Source of the DNA: Eledone cirrhosa
Taxonomy: Eukaryota
Assembly: GCA_964016885.1 (NCBI GenBank)
Contig: OZ024740.1
Location: 196,292,001-196,356,000 of the forward strand
Direction of reading: 5' to 3'
DNA: 64,000 nucleotides
The notes beneath the pieces were generated by a model, which was not told where the DNA came from, did not search any database, and saw nothing but the letters and a program-made list of their open reading frames with translations. Shown piece after piece: positions 51,402 through 64,000 of this stretch (positions are counted from its first letter, which is position 1; each line of letters begins with the position of its first letter). A program made the translations under genes and the position numbers.

Positions 51402-53670
51402 TTAATCCGTATGGTGGGCAAATGGGGTCCCGGCGGACAGGATGGAGAAGGCATTTCCCCGAAGGATGGTAAGGGAGATGCGCTGGAAGAGCCATTCCAA
51501 CTCGCTAGGCTCACACATGCGGCTGGCTAACTCAGCGCCTATGGTTGTGAAAAGGGAGGTAGCCCTAGGACACCAGAAGTCTCCACTGCCAAGGGCACGA
51601 CCGCGAACCTGTCGGAAAGCAACCGGTACTTGGAGAGTTTGGCCTCCTCAGCCCGATGTGCAGCTGTAGACTGCACCAGGTTGCGGCTGGAGAAAGTGTC
51701 GCTGCAAGTGGCATCCCAGACGAGGGGTTTGCCACCGCGAAACGGGCTGATGGTCATACCGTCTGGCCTTTTGCCATCCCCTCGGTCCAGCCCCATCAGC
51801 TCGAGTTGGAAGGGGAAGCCTGCAGCATCCAAGCCATGCTTAATGACCTCGTTGAGTGCAGCATGGCGTGGAAGGCGGCTGGCACTGTGGCGACAGGAAA
51901 GCGGCTGGCACTGTGGCGACAGGAAAGCGGCTGGCACTGTGGCGACAGGAAAGCGGCTGGAGTCCGAAAGAGTCCACGGTGGATCCACAGCGACATTTAT
52001 GTGGCTCGCAGATCTGGAGTCCAAACCTCAAGGAAACGCCGATGCGCAGGCTGTCGTTATCCAGCTGCGTGCCAGTGGAGAAGGAGGGCAAGGCATGGAG
52101 CCAGGTACCACTGTGGCGTTTGGAGGCCACGGGAAAACAGGCAAGGCGGTGCTGGTCGAGCTGGCGCGTGAGCCTGTCTGAGGCCAGGCTGCACTGGATG
52201 GCATCCCATATGCTATGGGGGGACTTGACGTCAGCAGGGAGAGAAGGAGGAAGGACGTCTACCGGGCTAAGTCCCAGCCTGTCCCAAGTCTCAGAGGCAA
52301 CTTCATGTTCCCTGATCTTAGAGGGTTCTATTGTTTTGGAGAACGCTGCTGATGAGGACGCGGCATGAGGTTACCGATGAAAGAAACGCCGGCAAAGCCA
52401 GCAAGATCGGGGACCGGAGGCCAAAGCCGCCATAACTGACAGGTAAAGTGGCCTGTTGCCATCCAATGTCGTCAAACTTGACGTTGCATATCTCCTCAAC
52501 TGCCGCTCGGATACAAGTATCGAGGTCAGCGACGAGAGATGCGTGGCTGTAGCACGGAGCGCTGCGAAGGGTGTAGAGCTTTGGCATGGCGAAGCAGTTC
52601 CTCAACAGGAAGAGAGCTGGGTGGCTGTCGATCAAGCCCAGTCAGCTCGTGAGGGTCTGGAGTTGTTGGAGCCTAGACCAGATGGTGGAGTGGATGGCCG
52701 GCGAGTGGATTGGTGACCCGAGGATGAGGACATCCTCTTTGGGGGTCACCTGTACTTGGTGGAGAATGGACCGCACGTCCAAGACAGAGGCTGCGAAGCT
52801 CTCAGCATCATAGCTGACATTCACCACCTCCGACTTGGACGAGTTGACCTGGATGCCAATTGCCGCCAGGGCAGGAAACACGGGCCCGCCCAGCTTAGCA
52901 TCATCCAGGTACCAAACATTGAGAGGGGCCGTGATACTCCGGGAAATGTGGTCTATACCAAGGGCAAACAGGAGGGGGCCCAAAGGGTCACCCTGTTGGA
53001 CCCCAGTGGCTGAAGGGATGACCGTGTCAGCAGCAAGGAGCATGCTCGGGGCTCCATATGACAAGTAGGCCAGCGGGTAGACAGAGGGAGCTCAGCTGAG
53101 GCAGGCATCGAGCAGATGGTCCCGGCGTATGCAGTTAAAGGCATTCCTCATGTCGAGCTCAACAATGAGGTGACTGGAGTCCCTGGATGCCGGTTCCGGT
53201 GGGCAGAAAAACTGCCTGGTTGTATGTGCGGTCCCCTCACAGCCACCGGACATGCCGACACCCAATTGCACCGGACTGAACTCCTCACCCAGTTCAGGTG
53301 ATATGGACCTGCAGACCACCATAGCAGTCAGCCTCCGGAAGACATTGTGATGGGGCGTATGCCACCTTCTTTCTCCCTGAGAGTGGTCAGGCTAGCCGAA
53401 AAAGAGGCCTTGGGCATGAGGATCCAGGGCGCCATGGTGAGTCCACAATTGCACTCATAAGGCGGCGCCCGGTCTCAGCGGAGAGGGGGGGGGATAGCAA
53501 ACCCCTGAGGTGGCCTGGTCGGAGACCATCAGTACCTCCGCTGCTGCTAGCTGGGAAGGACTTGATGGCAGACATGATGCTTGCATCGGAAGCCAAGACA
53601 TTTTTATTGACCACGTCAATTATTCGCGGGTGCTGTAGGAACGTAATCCCATCGAATACGGGGGGGCAAC
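51402..53670 (-). mobile_element. CRE-clade-like non-LTR retrotransposon (RT plus restriction-like endonuclease), pseudogenised and 5'-truncated
   Basis: GTDGLRPGHL, LDMRNAFN, TGVQQGDPLGPLLF, WYLDD, ATLPVSYGGFGLRS, HKCRCG...SC...RHAALNEVI, DGKRPDG...LVWDAT, AEEAKLSKY, PLAVETSG; several frameshifts. Confidence 0.88.
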
Positions 53671-53680
53671 TGTCTGTGTG

Positions 53681-53685
<5 letters not shown>

Positions 53686-53745
<60 letters not shown>

Positions 53746-54040
53746 CTTTTCACAAAGGCCTCAGCAACACAATTATAACAGTTCAAGAAAATTGTGAAAG
53801 GAAAGAAATTGAACAAAATTGAGTGCAGATACACACACATAGAGAGACACACACATAGAGACACACACATACAGATACACACACATACAAAGACACACAC
53901 ATACAGAGACACACACATACAGAGACACACACATACAGATACACACACATACAGAGACACACACGTACAGAGACACACACATACAGAGACACACACATAG
54001 AGACACACACACATACAGAGACACACACATACAGAGACAA
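53686..54040. repeat. (TA)n plus compound CAGAGACACACACATA minisatellite
   Basis: 16-18 nt unit repeated about 12 times from 53825. Confidence 0.93.
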
Positions 54041-54449
54041 TGTTTGTGGTAATGTAAGAAATCAATGATGTATCAATAATATATGGACATTTTCGTAAAC
54101 ACCAGCTATGTTATTGTTTAGTCTTGATCAAATCTGTGATCAAAGGCGTTCCAATTGGGACGATTCTATATTTATTTATTTAATCAGTTTAAATGTCCAT
54201 CAGTTTAAATGTCCATGACAGACTAAAGGAAGTATCTAGTACTTCTTATAGTTAAGAAACAAAAAAAAAAACAAGATATACAGAGACAAGTGAATTTAAA
54301 AATAAAATAGGGAAGGCCTATTGGAAGCAAAATAAGCAGCTAGGAGGTTCTGATAGAACTTATATTTCTTTTTAGAGAACTTTATCAACAGGCAGTTTCG
54401 CCCATATGGAAAGGGTTTCCCTACCATGTGCATAGAGGCTTCCTCTTGG

Positions 54450-54646
54450 CAGACTTGTCAGCTCTCCTCCGTCCGACAGGGAGATCTCCCCATTTTTGGC
54501 TCATTTCTCCTCGTCTCTCTGTATTTGTGAAAATGGGTATAGCTTTCATTATGTAAAATCTCCCCATTTTACCTCATTTCTCCCAATTTTGGGGCATTTG
54601 TTTTCATGGTACTCTCCATTTGGATTTTTAGAGATTGGCAGGTCTG
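54450..54646. mobile_element. MITE (same family as 47939-48133)
   Basis: CAGACTTGTCAG ... TTGGCAGGTCTG; colinear interior. Confidence 0.72.
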
Positions 54647-57600
54647 CATTGGTTCCCAAATATGTCTTATATAAATGTAATTGTTGAGTTGGTTTCAATG
54701 TTTTCCATACTTTTAACTATGTAATTTCTCAGTGGAGATTTCTGGTGTCCTTACCCGGAAGTGTAAGCCTCACGTTTTATCTAATCCATGTATGAAAATT
54801 AGACATAAGACAGTGATAATGATATATATATATAGTAATAATAATAAATGTGAAGACTAAAATGCGAAGTATCATCTTCCTGTTTTCCTTCGGTTGCAAC
54901 GTTCTTCGAAATATTTACTTCTGTGTCCAAATTGATTTTTTTTTTAGTTTCAGAAGATTCTGTTAAGGGTGAAAGCAGCAATCCTTTGCTTAAACTTTAA
55001 TCTGTTATTTTAATAAATATATGTATATATACCCATGTACACACCCACCACACGAGTGAGAGAGAGAGAGTGTGTGTGTGTATTCAGAGCAGTGAGAAAA
55101 TACTTTCAAAGTGTCAAGACATTTTATAGTATGTGTGAAAATGATTCTATTTATAGTGATCTGATAAACAAGTATTTATATACATTCATTACAATTTAAC
55201 TGACCCATCTCTTAATTGTAAAGCCATTTGCAAACCAAGTGCATCTTATAAGGTTATTATTATTATATCAGGCAAAGTTAACCTCGGCGGGCTGAGTTCA
55301 AATCCCGCCGAGGTTAACTTTGCCTTTCATCCTTACGAGGTCGATAAAATAAAGTACCAGTAATGCACTGGGATAATTGCTCGCCTTGTGCCAAACATAG
55401 AAACAATTATTATTATTATATCAACAATGGCAAATATATGTGGCATTTACTCTGGACTAAAGACAATATTATCTACTGCACTTTTAAATTAGAGAAAGCT
55501 AATATTCATTTTCTAAAACAGTCACCTTTCAGAACAATGAATAAAAGAGCTGACCTTTACAAATACTTAGTTATGAATTCCTGTTGTAAGTGACTGATGA
55601 AATTAACTGATTCTTATTGTAAAAACTCAATAATAATAAATATGTAGATGGTGTAAAATAACTTAAGAATATAAAAGTCCATTGCATCATCATCATCGTT
55701 GTCACCATTTAATGTCTACTTTCCATGCTTGCATGTGTTAAATGGGGTGTCCTATACTAGTTAGGTGAGCATGTCTGGCTTGTATAATTGGTTTCTATGG
55801 CTGGATGCCATTCCTAATGCCAACCACTTTACAGTGTGTACTGGGAACATTTTATTGTTACACTAACACTGCCACTTTACAGGTGGGCTGGGTGCATTTT
55901 TATCATATGTACCAACACTGGGGAGGAATGGGAGTGGGGAGGTGCATACCACCATAGGATAGGAAGTGTTGAGTCTTGGAGTTCACCTTGAAGAGAGTAA
56001 ATTGTGTCTAGTGGTATATTATGAGAATATTGAGTTTGATTGTTGCCATAACTCTGAAGGAAGCAATGGGATTGGAGAAAAATTTTAGATTAGAAATATT
56101 ATTAGTGGGATCCAGCACCCTCTTAAATAGCCATTGAGACAATTTGGGGCCAATCAGAGAACAAAACAACTTGTCAGTTGATAACTACTTTTTGCTGTTT
56201 GGTCATATGTGTTACCTTTTCCATAAGGTAATTTATCTAATACAAGTTGTCACAGACCAAAGTAGTACTCAAGCAAAGTTACTGACCTTTCAGATGAGCT
56301 GGGGGCTCACATCTTGCTTACAAGTGCATAGATGGGCCAGGGGTCTGCATGTTGCTTAATACATTCCCGGGGTCTTCTGAGTTCATTTTATCATGGCACC
56401 AGCTCTAGGGAGGTTTTGTACATCTGGATGCCCTTTCTATCACCAACATTTATAATTAATGAAAGAATAATCCTGGGAGAGCTTTTTAGGGAGTAAGTAA
56501 GTTCATCAAGGACACACTGCAGACTTGTGATTAAATACAAACTACTGGCTATTACTTGTTAATCATCATGGTTCCCTAACGCCTTTCAGGGTCATTGGGT
56601 CACTGCAGTGCTGAATGCTGCACCAACTACCCCCATCTCTTGTGGTCATGTGCGAGTACTTGGGTTTTGGCAAAGTTCTTCCCCGACCACTCAGCTATGT
56701 TGTCAATCTACTGCTTCCACTGTCTGCTCTGCCATCTCTTCCCCTGTACTGCGTCTTAGAGAGTTCAACCGATCTTGTTACATGTCCAAACCGCCTCAAC
56801 TTTCACCTCTTGACTGTGGTCAACAGATTTTCAAAATGACTCACATGCTGAGTGGCTCTTTGGTGATGTATCTTGTGTGGGAGATTCCTAGAATTCTTCT
56901 ATAACATTTCATCTCCATTCCTTGGGTCTTCCTTTGCAGTTCAACGGTCAAAGTCCACGATTCACATGTGTATAGAGAGATGGATAAGACCAATGTACGC
57001 AGGAGTTTTATTTTGCATCTGAGAGTGGTGTTCTTGTCTTTCCAGAGTGGTTTCTGTTTGAATTAACCAGCTAAGATCCTTGTAAACTCATGCCAACAAC
57101 GGAATCAATATGGAATGACTAAGTCATTGTTTTAATTTAAATCAATTCCTTAGACATAAGGCTAAACATGATTGAGCCAAGCAATTTAGCTATGTTCACT
57201 CCACATAATTATTCCAGGTGTACCATACTGTACAGTTTAACATACAGTGGTTTATCATATAGGATACAGCAGCATGACAGTCCAGGCGTGTATTTATTTA
57301 CAGTCAAATTTATTCTTGTATGTGTAGTTCCTAGTTGTAGCTGCACAAAGGTGGTCAAGGTGAGCTTGGACAGTTCAGCAGTTGCTATTACTATAATATT
57401 AGGTTTCGGAGCTTAATTTAACAATTTAATATGCAGGTTAAGATCTGTATATCTATGTAACATGGTGCGGTAAATAGATATATATATATATATATATATA
57501 CATCAGATCCGAACACAAAGGAACCAAACTCCCACTGTCATTGCCTCTGTCTCACCCGCTCTCCTTATTATGAACAAATGGGGGCCCATGCGCTGGCCAC

Positions 57601-59124
57601 CCTGCCGGCCTCGGCGGACAGAATAGAAAAGCGTCTCCCCGGAGGATGGTGAGGGAAATGTGCTGGAAAGCCATTCCAGCTTACAAATACCACATCTGTG
57701 GGTAGCCAGTTCTGTGCCGATAGTGGTGAGTAGGGAGGTGGGCCCAGGACACCAGAAGTTTCCACTGCTACAGGTTCGACCACAAACATGTTGGAGAGCG
57801 ACCGATATTTGGAAAGTTTACCCTCCGCGGCCCGAAGTGCAGCAGAGTCTGGATTAGTCGCAGACTGCACCAGGTTGCCACTGGAGAACTCCTAGTGATG
57901 TTCATTAATGAGGCTATTGAGGTTGCCACTAATATTTTTGCATGTATGTCTGAACACTTTGGAGGTGGTAGCGTTGTTGATATGTGCAAGTGTTTATTTG
58001 GAGGAATTGAACATGGAGTGGCAGGTTCTGTAAGGGTTGGTGTTTGTCATGGCAACAACTATGCCTCTGGAACATCCACATGGTCTTTCATTTTGAGTAT
58101 TTATGTGGTCGGTGAACATAAGTCTGTACATAGTCGCTCTGCCAGCTAGAAGTAGCAGTCAAATCTTCCACTACTGTTTTAAAAAAAATATTGGTAAATT
58201 CAACCACAGGTTGCAGTTGGTATTAAGTGTTTTGTAGTTCTGCAAGTTTGATTTGGATAGAGGTTTAATGATGATGTCCTTTGTATTGTCAACCTCTAAT
58301 AGTAGATTAGGCATATTCATAAGAGCACCAGCATTAAAAAGAGTGTATTAACCCTTTCATGGCCATATTTAAAAAATTAAAAATACATTGACAGTGCTTC
58401 TGTTAATTTTGTTAATAAAATAGAGAATTTTGAGGATTATTTTTTTTCGTAAATTAACTTGTTTTACTGGTGTTTAAAAATTATAACAAAAAATTTATAT
58501 ATAAAATTTTGATGGGAAGCTTTAATCTAGATATAAACACTTTAAAATGGACAGGTTGCATTCACTATGGTATAAAGAAATTACACCTTATCTGGCTAAT
58601 AATGGTTTCTGATTTAGGCAGAAGGTCAACAATTTATCCTTGGTCCGATTTGATGAGTTCCCCCCTACTCGGTAAGCAAATGAGGTTGGATCTTGTCAAT
58701 CGATTGATACATTAGAAATATTTAAACAGACAGAAACTAAAAGTGGAAATTGAGTGAAAAATGTTCCTGTTTATTTTAATGCTGTTTTTCTGTGAGAAAC
58801 AGCATAATTTTCTAAATAGAATAACAAATATTGGCTTTAGGAAGCTTTTTAATATATTTGTATTTTCATTAAGCTATTTAAAGCAGAAGCTAGAAATTAA
58901 ATAAATAAAGGTAATGTGAGAAACAGAAAAGAAACAAAAGAAAGAAAACTCTTACATTAACTATAAACAGAACTTGGTGTTTTATTATCACTTAAGACAC
59001 CTTTGAAAGGTGAACATTAGCTATTTAGAACCATTATAGTCAATGAAAACAACTATATTAACAATGTCATTCACACACCAAAATCATACTATTCAAACTA
59101 TCATCATCATCACCATTTATTTAA

Positions 59125-59340
59125 CCTTTTAGCATTTAAACTGGCTGTATCCAGCCAGAATTCTCTCACATCTTTCAAACTGGTTGTAACTGGCTACTCA
59201 TACTGATGTTAAGGTATTGTTCTCAAAATAAATAATATCAAAATCCCATAAATTCCATATTATGTGAAATAATTATGTGAGGTAAAGCCTTTACCATAAA
59301 AATTTAATAATAAATATAGAGTAATGTAAATACTAAAGGG
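59125..59340. mobile_element. piggyBac-like MITE
   Basis: TTAA|CCTTTTAGCATT...AATACTAAAGGG|TTAA; homologous to 31590-31797. Confidence 0.78.
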
Positions 59341-62215
59341 TTAATATCCATTTTTCCAGGCTAGCATTGGTTAGATGAGTTGTTCTGTTGTGAGACAAGT
59401 CAGATCAGATGACCGTGTCTTGCTCATACAGAACTGTTTTGGGTTAAATTTCTACAGCTGGATGCCCTTCCTAATGTCAACCCCATGAGCAGTGTGGACT
59501 GGGTGCTTTTTATCGTGGCACCAAATTAACCACCAGACAAGTCAGACTTGGCGCTTTTGTCATGTAGCTAACATGACCACTATACAGGGTAGACTAACTG
59601 CTTTTTTCGTGTCACCAGTGCAACCACTTTACAGGCTGGACTGAGTGCTCTATGGTTAAGTTCATTGCAGTGTTCAAACAGTATAAACAGAAACTTCTGA
59701 GCCAATGGGCTGACCAATGCCTTGTAAGTGAAACTTAGTAGATGGCAACTGTGTGAAAACTCTGTTGTGTGTTTCCATTATATAATTTATAAATGAGAGA
59801 AGTTCCAGTTAGATCCTGTCAACAAAATCTTCATATAGTTTAAATACACAAGTCTCCAATATCCAAATGGTTAAATGTCAACAGAATAGCACCCAGGAGT
59901 CATGACCTGGATGCAGCCTAGCCTGCCGAAACACTTGCTTGAGTGGGGTTTCTTCTCTGAAGACCTTCTGTTGTCCAGCTCTCTTGAAAGTTTCTTACCA
60001 CTATTTATATATTCCTACAGTATTTAGTTACCTTCTAAGTTCAAGTGTTTACTTTTTATTGCTATGGAACCAACAACAGGAAATATCAGTCATAATTAAT
60101 TATGAAAAATTAATTGTTCCAAGATTTTTAATAATTATAATAATGATAATTGTTTCTACTTTAGGTACAAGGCCAGCAATTTTTGGGAGAAAGGAAAGTC
60201 AATTAAATCGACCCCAATGCTTACTGGTACTTTTTTTATTATTGACCCCCCCCCCCCCCGTAAGGACGAGAGTCAAAGCTACCCTTGGTGGGATTTGAAC
60301 TCAGAACCTGAAGAACCATAACTCTATGCCACTAAGCATGTTGTCCGACGCTCTACCGATTCTGCCACCCTAATAATAATAATTCTTTCCAACAATGGCA
60401 CAAGGCCAGTAATTAGGGTGGGGTTGGAAGTGAGACCCAATTATATCGTCCTCAGTACTTCACTGGTATTTTATTTTAACAACCTCAGAAAGATGAAAGG
60501 CCAAGTATTGGATTGGTAATTATGGACCCTGAAAGGTTAATAATGTTACTACTATTACTACTGCCACTAATACTAATAATATCTACCACTATCATTTTAT
60601 GTCTACTTTCCATACTGACATGGTTGAGTTCTTATTTGGAATTACTTGTAAATTTTATTTTTGGTGTTGCTTCTATAGCTAGATGCCCTTCCTAACACCA
60701 AGTACTTTACAATATATTGGGTGCATTTTATCACAGCATCAGTATGAGAGAGGATGTTCTCAGTCAGATCAAGGAATTCTCTCTAAACCAACCACTTAAC
60801 AGTGTGTACTTGTATTTTCTCAAGGCACCAACACTAGAGAGGTTGCCTGGTCTCTAGTTAGATTAAAGAGTCCTCTTTATGTTGTCTTTGTTCCATATAA
60901 ACACCACTGAAAGTGGAATAGAAAGGAAGGTGATGATAGTGAGAACCAGAGTATTGGATAAGAGACAGTGACAGTCAGCCACATGTTGGTTGTTGGTAAG
61001 GAGACTGAACAGAAAAACAGCACAAGTAGCATGATGGCAGCAGGCTGGGGGAGGCAGGAGAAAGACAAGCTTAAAATGTTTTTTTTTTGCTTTGCAGAAT
61101 CTAGTTATATTCTGAAATCAAATCACACCAGAGTCAACTTTGCCAGCTATGCTTTCAGGGTCCATAATTACCAGTCAAATACTATGGCTTGATATATATA
61201 ATTCACTGCCCATTCACCCCTTCTAAATATTTGGGGGCCTTGTGCTTATGTTATGAATATTTTTACATTATAAGTTCAAATCCCATCAAGGTCACCTTTG
61301 CCTTTTCTTCTGAGGTTGATAAAATAAAGTACCAATCATATAATGCAATTAATTTAATAGACTGACTGCTTCCACCCTAAATGTTTGGCCATGTGCCTAG
61401 GTTAGAAACAATTCTTCCTACTCCTCCTGATGATGGTGGGAGGTGGGTCCTTTGAAAATTTTGTGTTTTATGAATGTTTCACTTTCGATGCACAAATTAG
61501 CATAACATTACTTCCTTATGTTGATTTCAATTATGGATTTGCTGTCATTCTAAGCTACTAAAACTTGTTTCAAGTATGTCTTTGATTTTGTTCAACAGTT
61601 AGGGTTCAATAAAATGAAACATTTGAACACATCATGACAAGCAGAATATAGATTTTTAAAATTAGAAATCAATACAATTATTAAAGTTAAAACATCAAGC
61701 CACATATTCACTTGACTTGCTAAAATCAGCAGCAAAGTCTCCCTCAAATCACATGCTAGTGCCTTCAATATAGAAAGAACACAAGATAATGTAGCTCTAC
61801 ATACTCTGTAGCTGGAATGCTGGTGGTTTTTAACATTATTTCTAAAGAATACAACAGCACCTACTGTAGATATGAGCAAGTTTGTGTATATTATAAAGAT
61901 ATTGAACATTAAAAGGATGAATTTTGACTTATACCCAAATCCATAAAACCTTCCTTTCCTTCAACATAGAATATTTTCTTTTTATTTGCAGTAAAATACT
62001 ACAAAATCTAAAGACATCTTTTTGTTTCTTTTGCAGATGACACAAGATATTGGAAATATGTACGAAATGAAGAAGAGAGAATGCAAGCATCTAAATTAAA
62101 AATTAATATTAACATAGATGGATTAAATCTAAGCAAATCCAGGATTAAAACTTTTTAGCAGGTCCAACCCTAGTACTTCCAACAGGCTTTATATATATCA
62201 CATAAAGCAACAGAG

Positions 62216-62257
<42 letters not shown>

Positions 62258-62268
62258 GACATTTCATC

Positions 62269-63189
62269 ATGGCAGCACTCAACAAATTTCTACAAAAGTT
62301 TTTAAAAACCTATGAATTTTTGCATCACAAGTTATTACGTGTGGCCATTATTCTAATTCTCTTGGTGCAGATAATCGTTGTTGACTACCAGTTGGTGTAC
62401 TATAAAAATACAAGCACTTATTGGTGTATGTTAATACCAGACTCTGTATACTTAGGTTTATTTTTTGCTTACATTTTCATCAGCTATCGCAAACTATTTA
62501 AGAGTTATATGTATGAGTCTAAACGGACTTTTCCCTTTGGGCCTGTTACATGGGTGAATTATGCAGTAGTTTTATCTAGTAAACTGATAATAATTTTCAC
62601 TTCCTTTGCAACACGGATGGAAGATGAAAATGGAATTGAGAGTGCAAATACACTGAGAGCTATGTTTGGTTTAACAGCAGTTGTATTCTTCTTACTGCTA
62701 ATGTCTCATATACATGAAAGCACACCAAAAAGTCTAAAAACATTTATATATACAGTTGGAGCAACAGTGCCAATAGACTTATTAGACACAATGGATATCA
62801 TGGAATTACTATATGAAGAAGAAGAAACAAGAAACATATCACAAGGTATGGTCTACATGATATTGGTGATAATGGTTGGCAATCTGCTGATACCAGTATT
62901 TCCATGTACCATACTTTATGTTCAAGAATTTGAGAGTAAACATATTTTTATAAATTTGATGATAGCGCAAAAAGTGGTCCAGATTATTGTTATAAATTTA
63001 TTGTTCATGTCCATTCGCCTAATTCTGTGGCAAGAGTTTGGTAGAGGATTTTCAGCTTTCATTATTAAGAATATTTTAGTTATGGGAATATTATCGTATG
63101 ATGTGTTTCGTATTTGTAAAGAAAGGAGGGAAGACGAAATCAAAGAGGAACCTGTAGTTAATTATAAAGAAGGAGAAGTCCATATATAA
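62269..63189 (+). CDS. Intronless multi-pass membrane protein, TMEM121/CECR6-like (306 aa)
   Basis: Uninterrupted ORF with about seven hydrophobic segments; IDLLDTMDIMELLYE, INLLFMSIRL and FIIKNIL resemble recalled TMEM121-family motifs; strong acceptor tttgtttcttttgcag ends at 62036. Confidence 0.8.
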   Translation: MAALNKFLQKFLKTYEFLHHKLLRVAIILILLVQIIVVDYQLVYYKNTSTYWCMLIPDSVYLGLFFAYIFISYRKLFKSYMYESKRTFPFGPVTWVNYAVVLSSKLIIIFTSFATRMEDENGIESANTLRAMFGLTAVVFFLLLMSHIHESTPKSLKTFIYTVGATVPIDLLDTMDIMELLYEEEETRNISQGMVYMILVIMVGNLLIPVFPCTILYVQEFESKHIFINLMIAQKVVQIIVINLLFMSIRLILWQEFGRGFSAFIIKNILVMGILSYDVFRICKERREDEIKEEPVVNYKEGEVHI

Positions 63190-63464
63190 TCTGTCAATCA
63201 CTACACTTGATTTCTCACTTTCAAACAAATATTTTGTTTCCTTTTCCTTTACAAACATTGTTTTCTTAAATTACCTGTTTACCTAATAATATATGCTTTA
63301 CATAGATATCTTCTTTCCCCTGCTCACATAATGAATTCTCACTATATACAAATGAAATCACACAAATGTAATACTGAGGTTCAGTCATTGAAAGCATATG
63401 TTAAATGTGACCCCTTTTAAGAAGTTCACATCTCAAATGCTTTTGCTTTGTCAGTATTTGTATC

Positions 63465-63621
63465 CAGTGGTAGATCTACTATGAAACTAACAAAGTTTAA
63501 GCTTATGGGCCCCTAATGTTGGAGTGGCTCCAGAAGTGACTTTTGTCTTATTGTTGCTGGTTGTAAAGGGGCCTCTTAACAGTTCAAGCTTTAAGGTCAC
63601 AAAAATGTAGGTCTGCTACTG
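63465..63621. mobile_element. Probable hAT-like MITE
   Basis: Imperfect TIRs CAGTGGTAGATCTAC / GTAGGTCTGCTACTG; TSD not clean. Confidence 0.5.
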
Positions 63622-64000
63622 TTTTATTGACACCTGAGATTCTGGCCTAGACATTGAAAGAGATCTTGGATTTGGACAGCTAAACAAAAGCAAAGACACT
63701 AGCAACAATGACATTTCCTCTAGAGACAAGAAGGCAGAGATATATAAAATTAGTTCAGTAAATATCTGAATATCACCAGCAAGTTTTCAATCACAAGAAC
63801 TGAAACAAATGTATTAATCCATGTGTAAAAGAAAAAAAAAATCACAATACAAACTAAGAACAGTACACATGAGAATTAGAGGACTATTGTATGAGTTAAA
63901 TATTCAAAACAGATATATTTGGTGCAACAAGAAAGAGCTGAACTGAATTTAGAAAAGAAACAGGAATTTAGAAAAGAAATATTAACCAGGAAAATATAAT

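Noticed and set aside
61427-61460. CTGATGA...GAAA
   Set aside because: No convincing stem II or stem I pairing; chance match.
61592-61909. 105-aa minus-strand ORF
   Set aside because: No recognisable motif or RMC1 similarity; likely a chance ORF in AT-rich DNA.

Overview
AT-rich, microsatellite- and retroelement-dense animal genomic DNA. The repeat repertoire (RTE LINEs with (GAT)n tails, tRNA-derived SINEs, Penelope-like elements, CR1, (TA)n arrays) suggests an octopod cephalopod; this is inference, not a database result. Three host genes are readable: the C-terminal coding end of RRM2 (+, 2-145); six spliced 3' exons of RMC1/C18orf8 (-, 26648 to 19878, all GT-AG and in phase); and an intronless TMEM121/CECR6-like membrane-protein ORF (+, 62269-63189). 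Between the convergent RRM2 and RMC1 3' ends is a cluster of Penelope-like elements, a Helitron, SINEs and RTE tails set in one compound (TA)n/AAATCTACA microsatellite. The most notable observations are: several hammerhead-ribozyme motifs, some with long stem II and palindromic stem III; a Penelope RT with no visible endonuclease between ~440-bp inverted arms; fold-back hairpin junctions at retroelement 5' ends; a templated insertion that makes a perfect 87-nt inverted repeat around an RMC1 exon; and recurrent ~150-bp flanking duplications. No CRISPR array, rRNA or true tRNA gene was seen. All calls are by eye, without tools.
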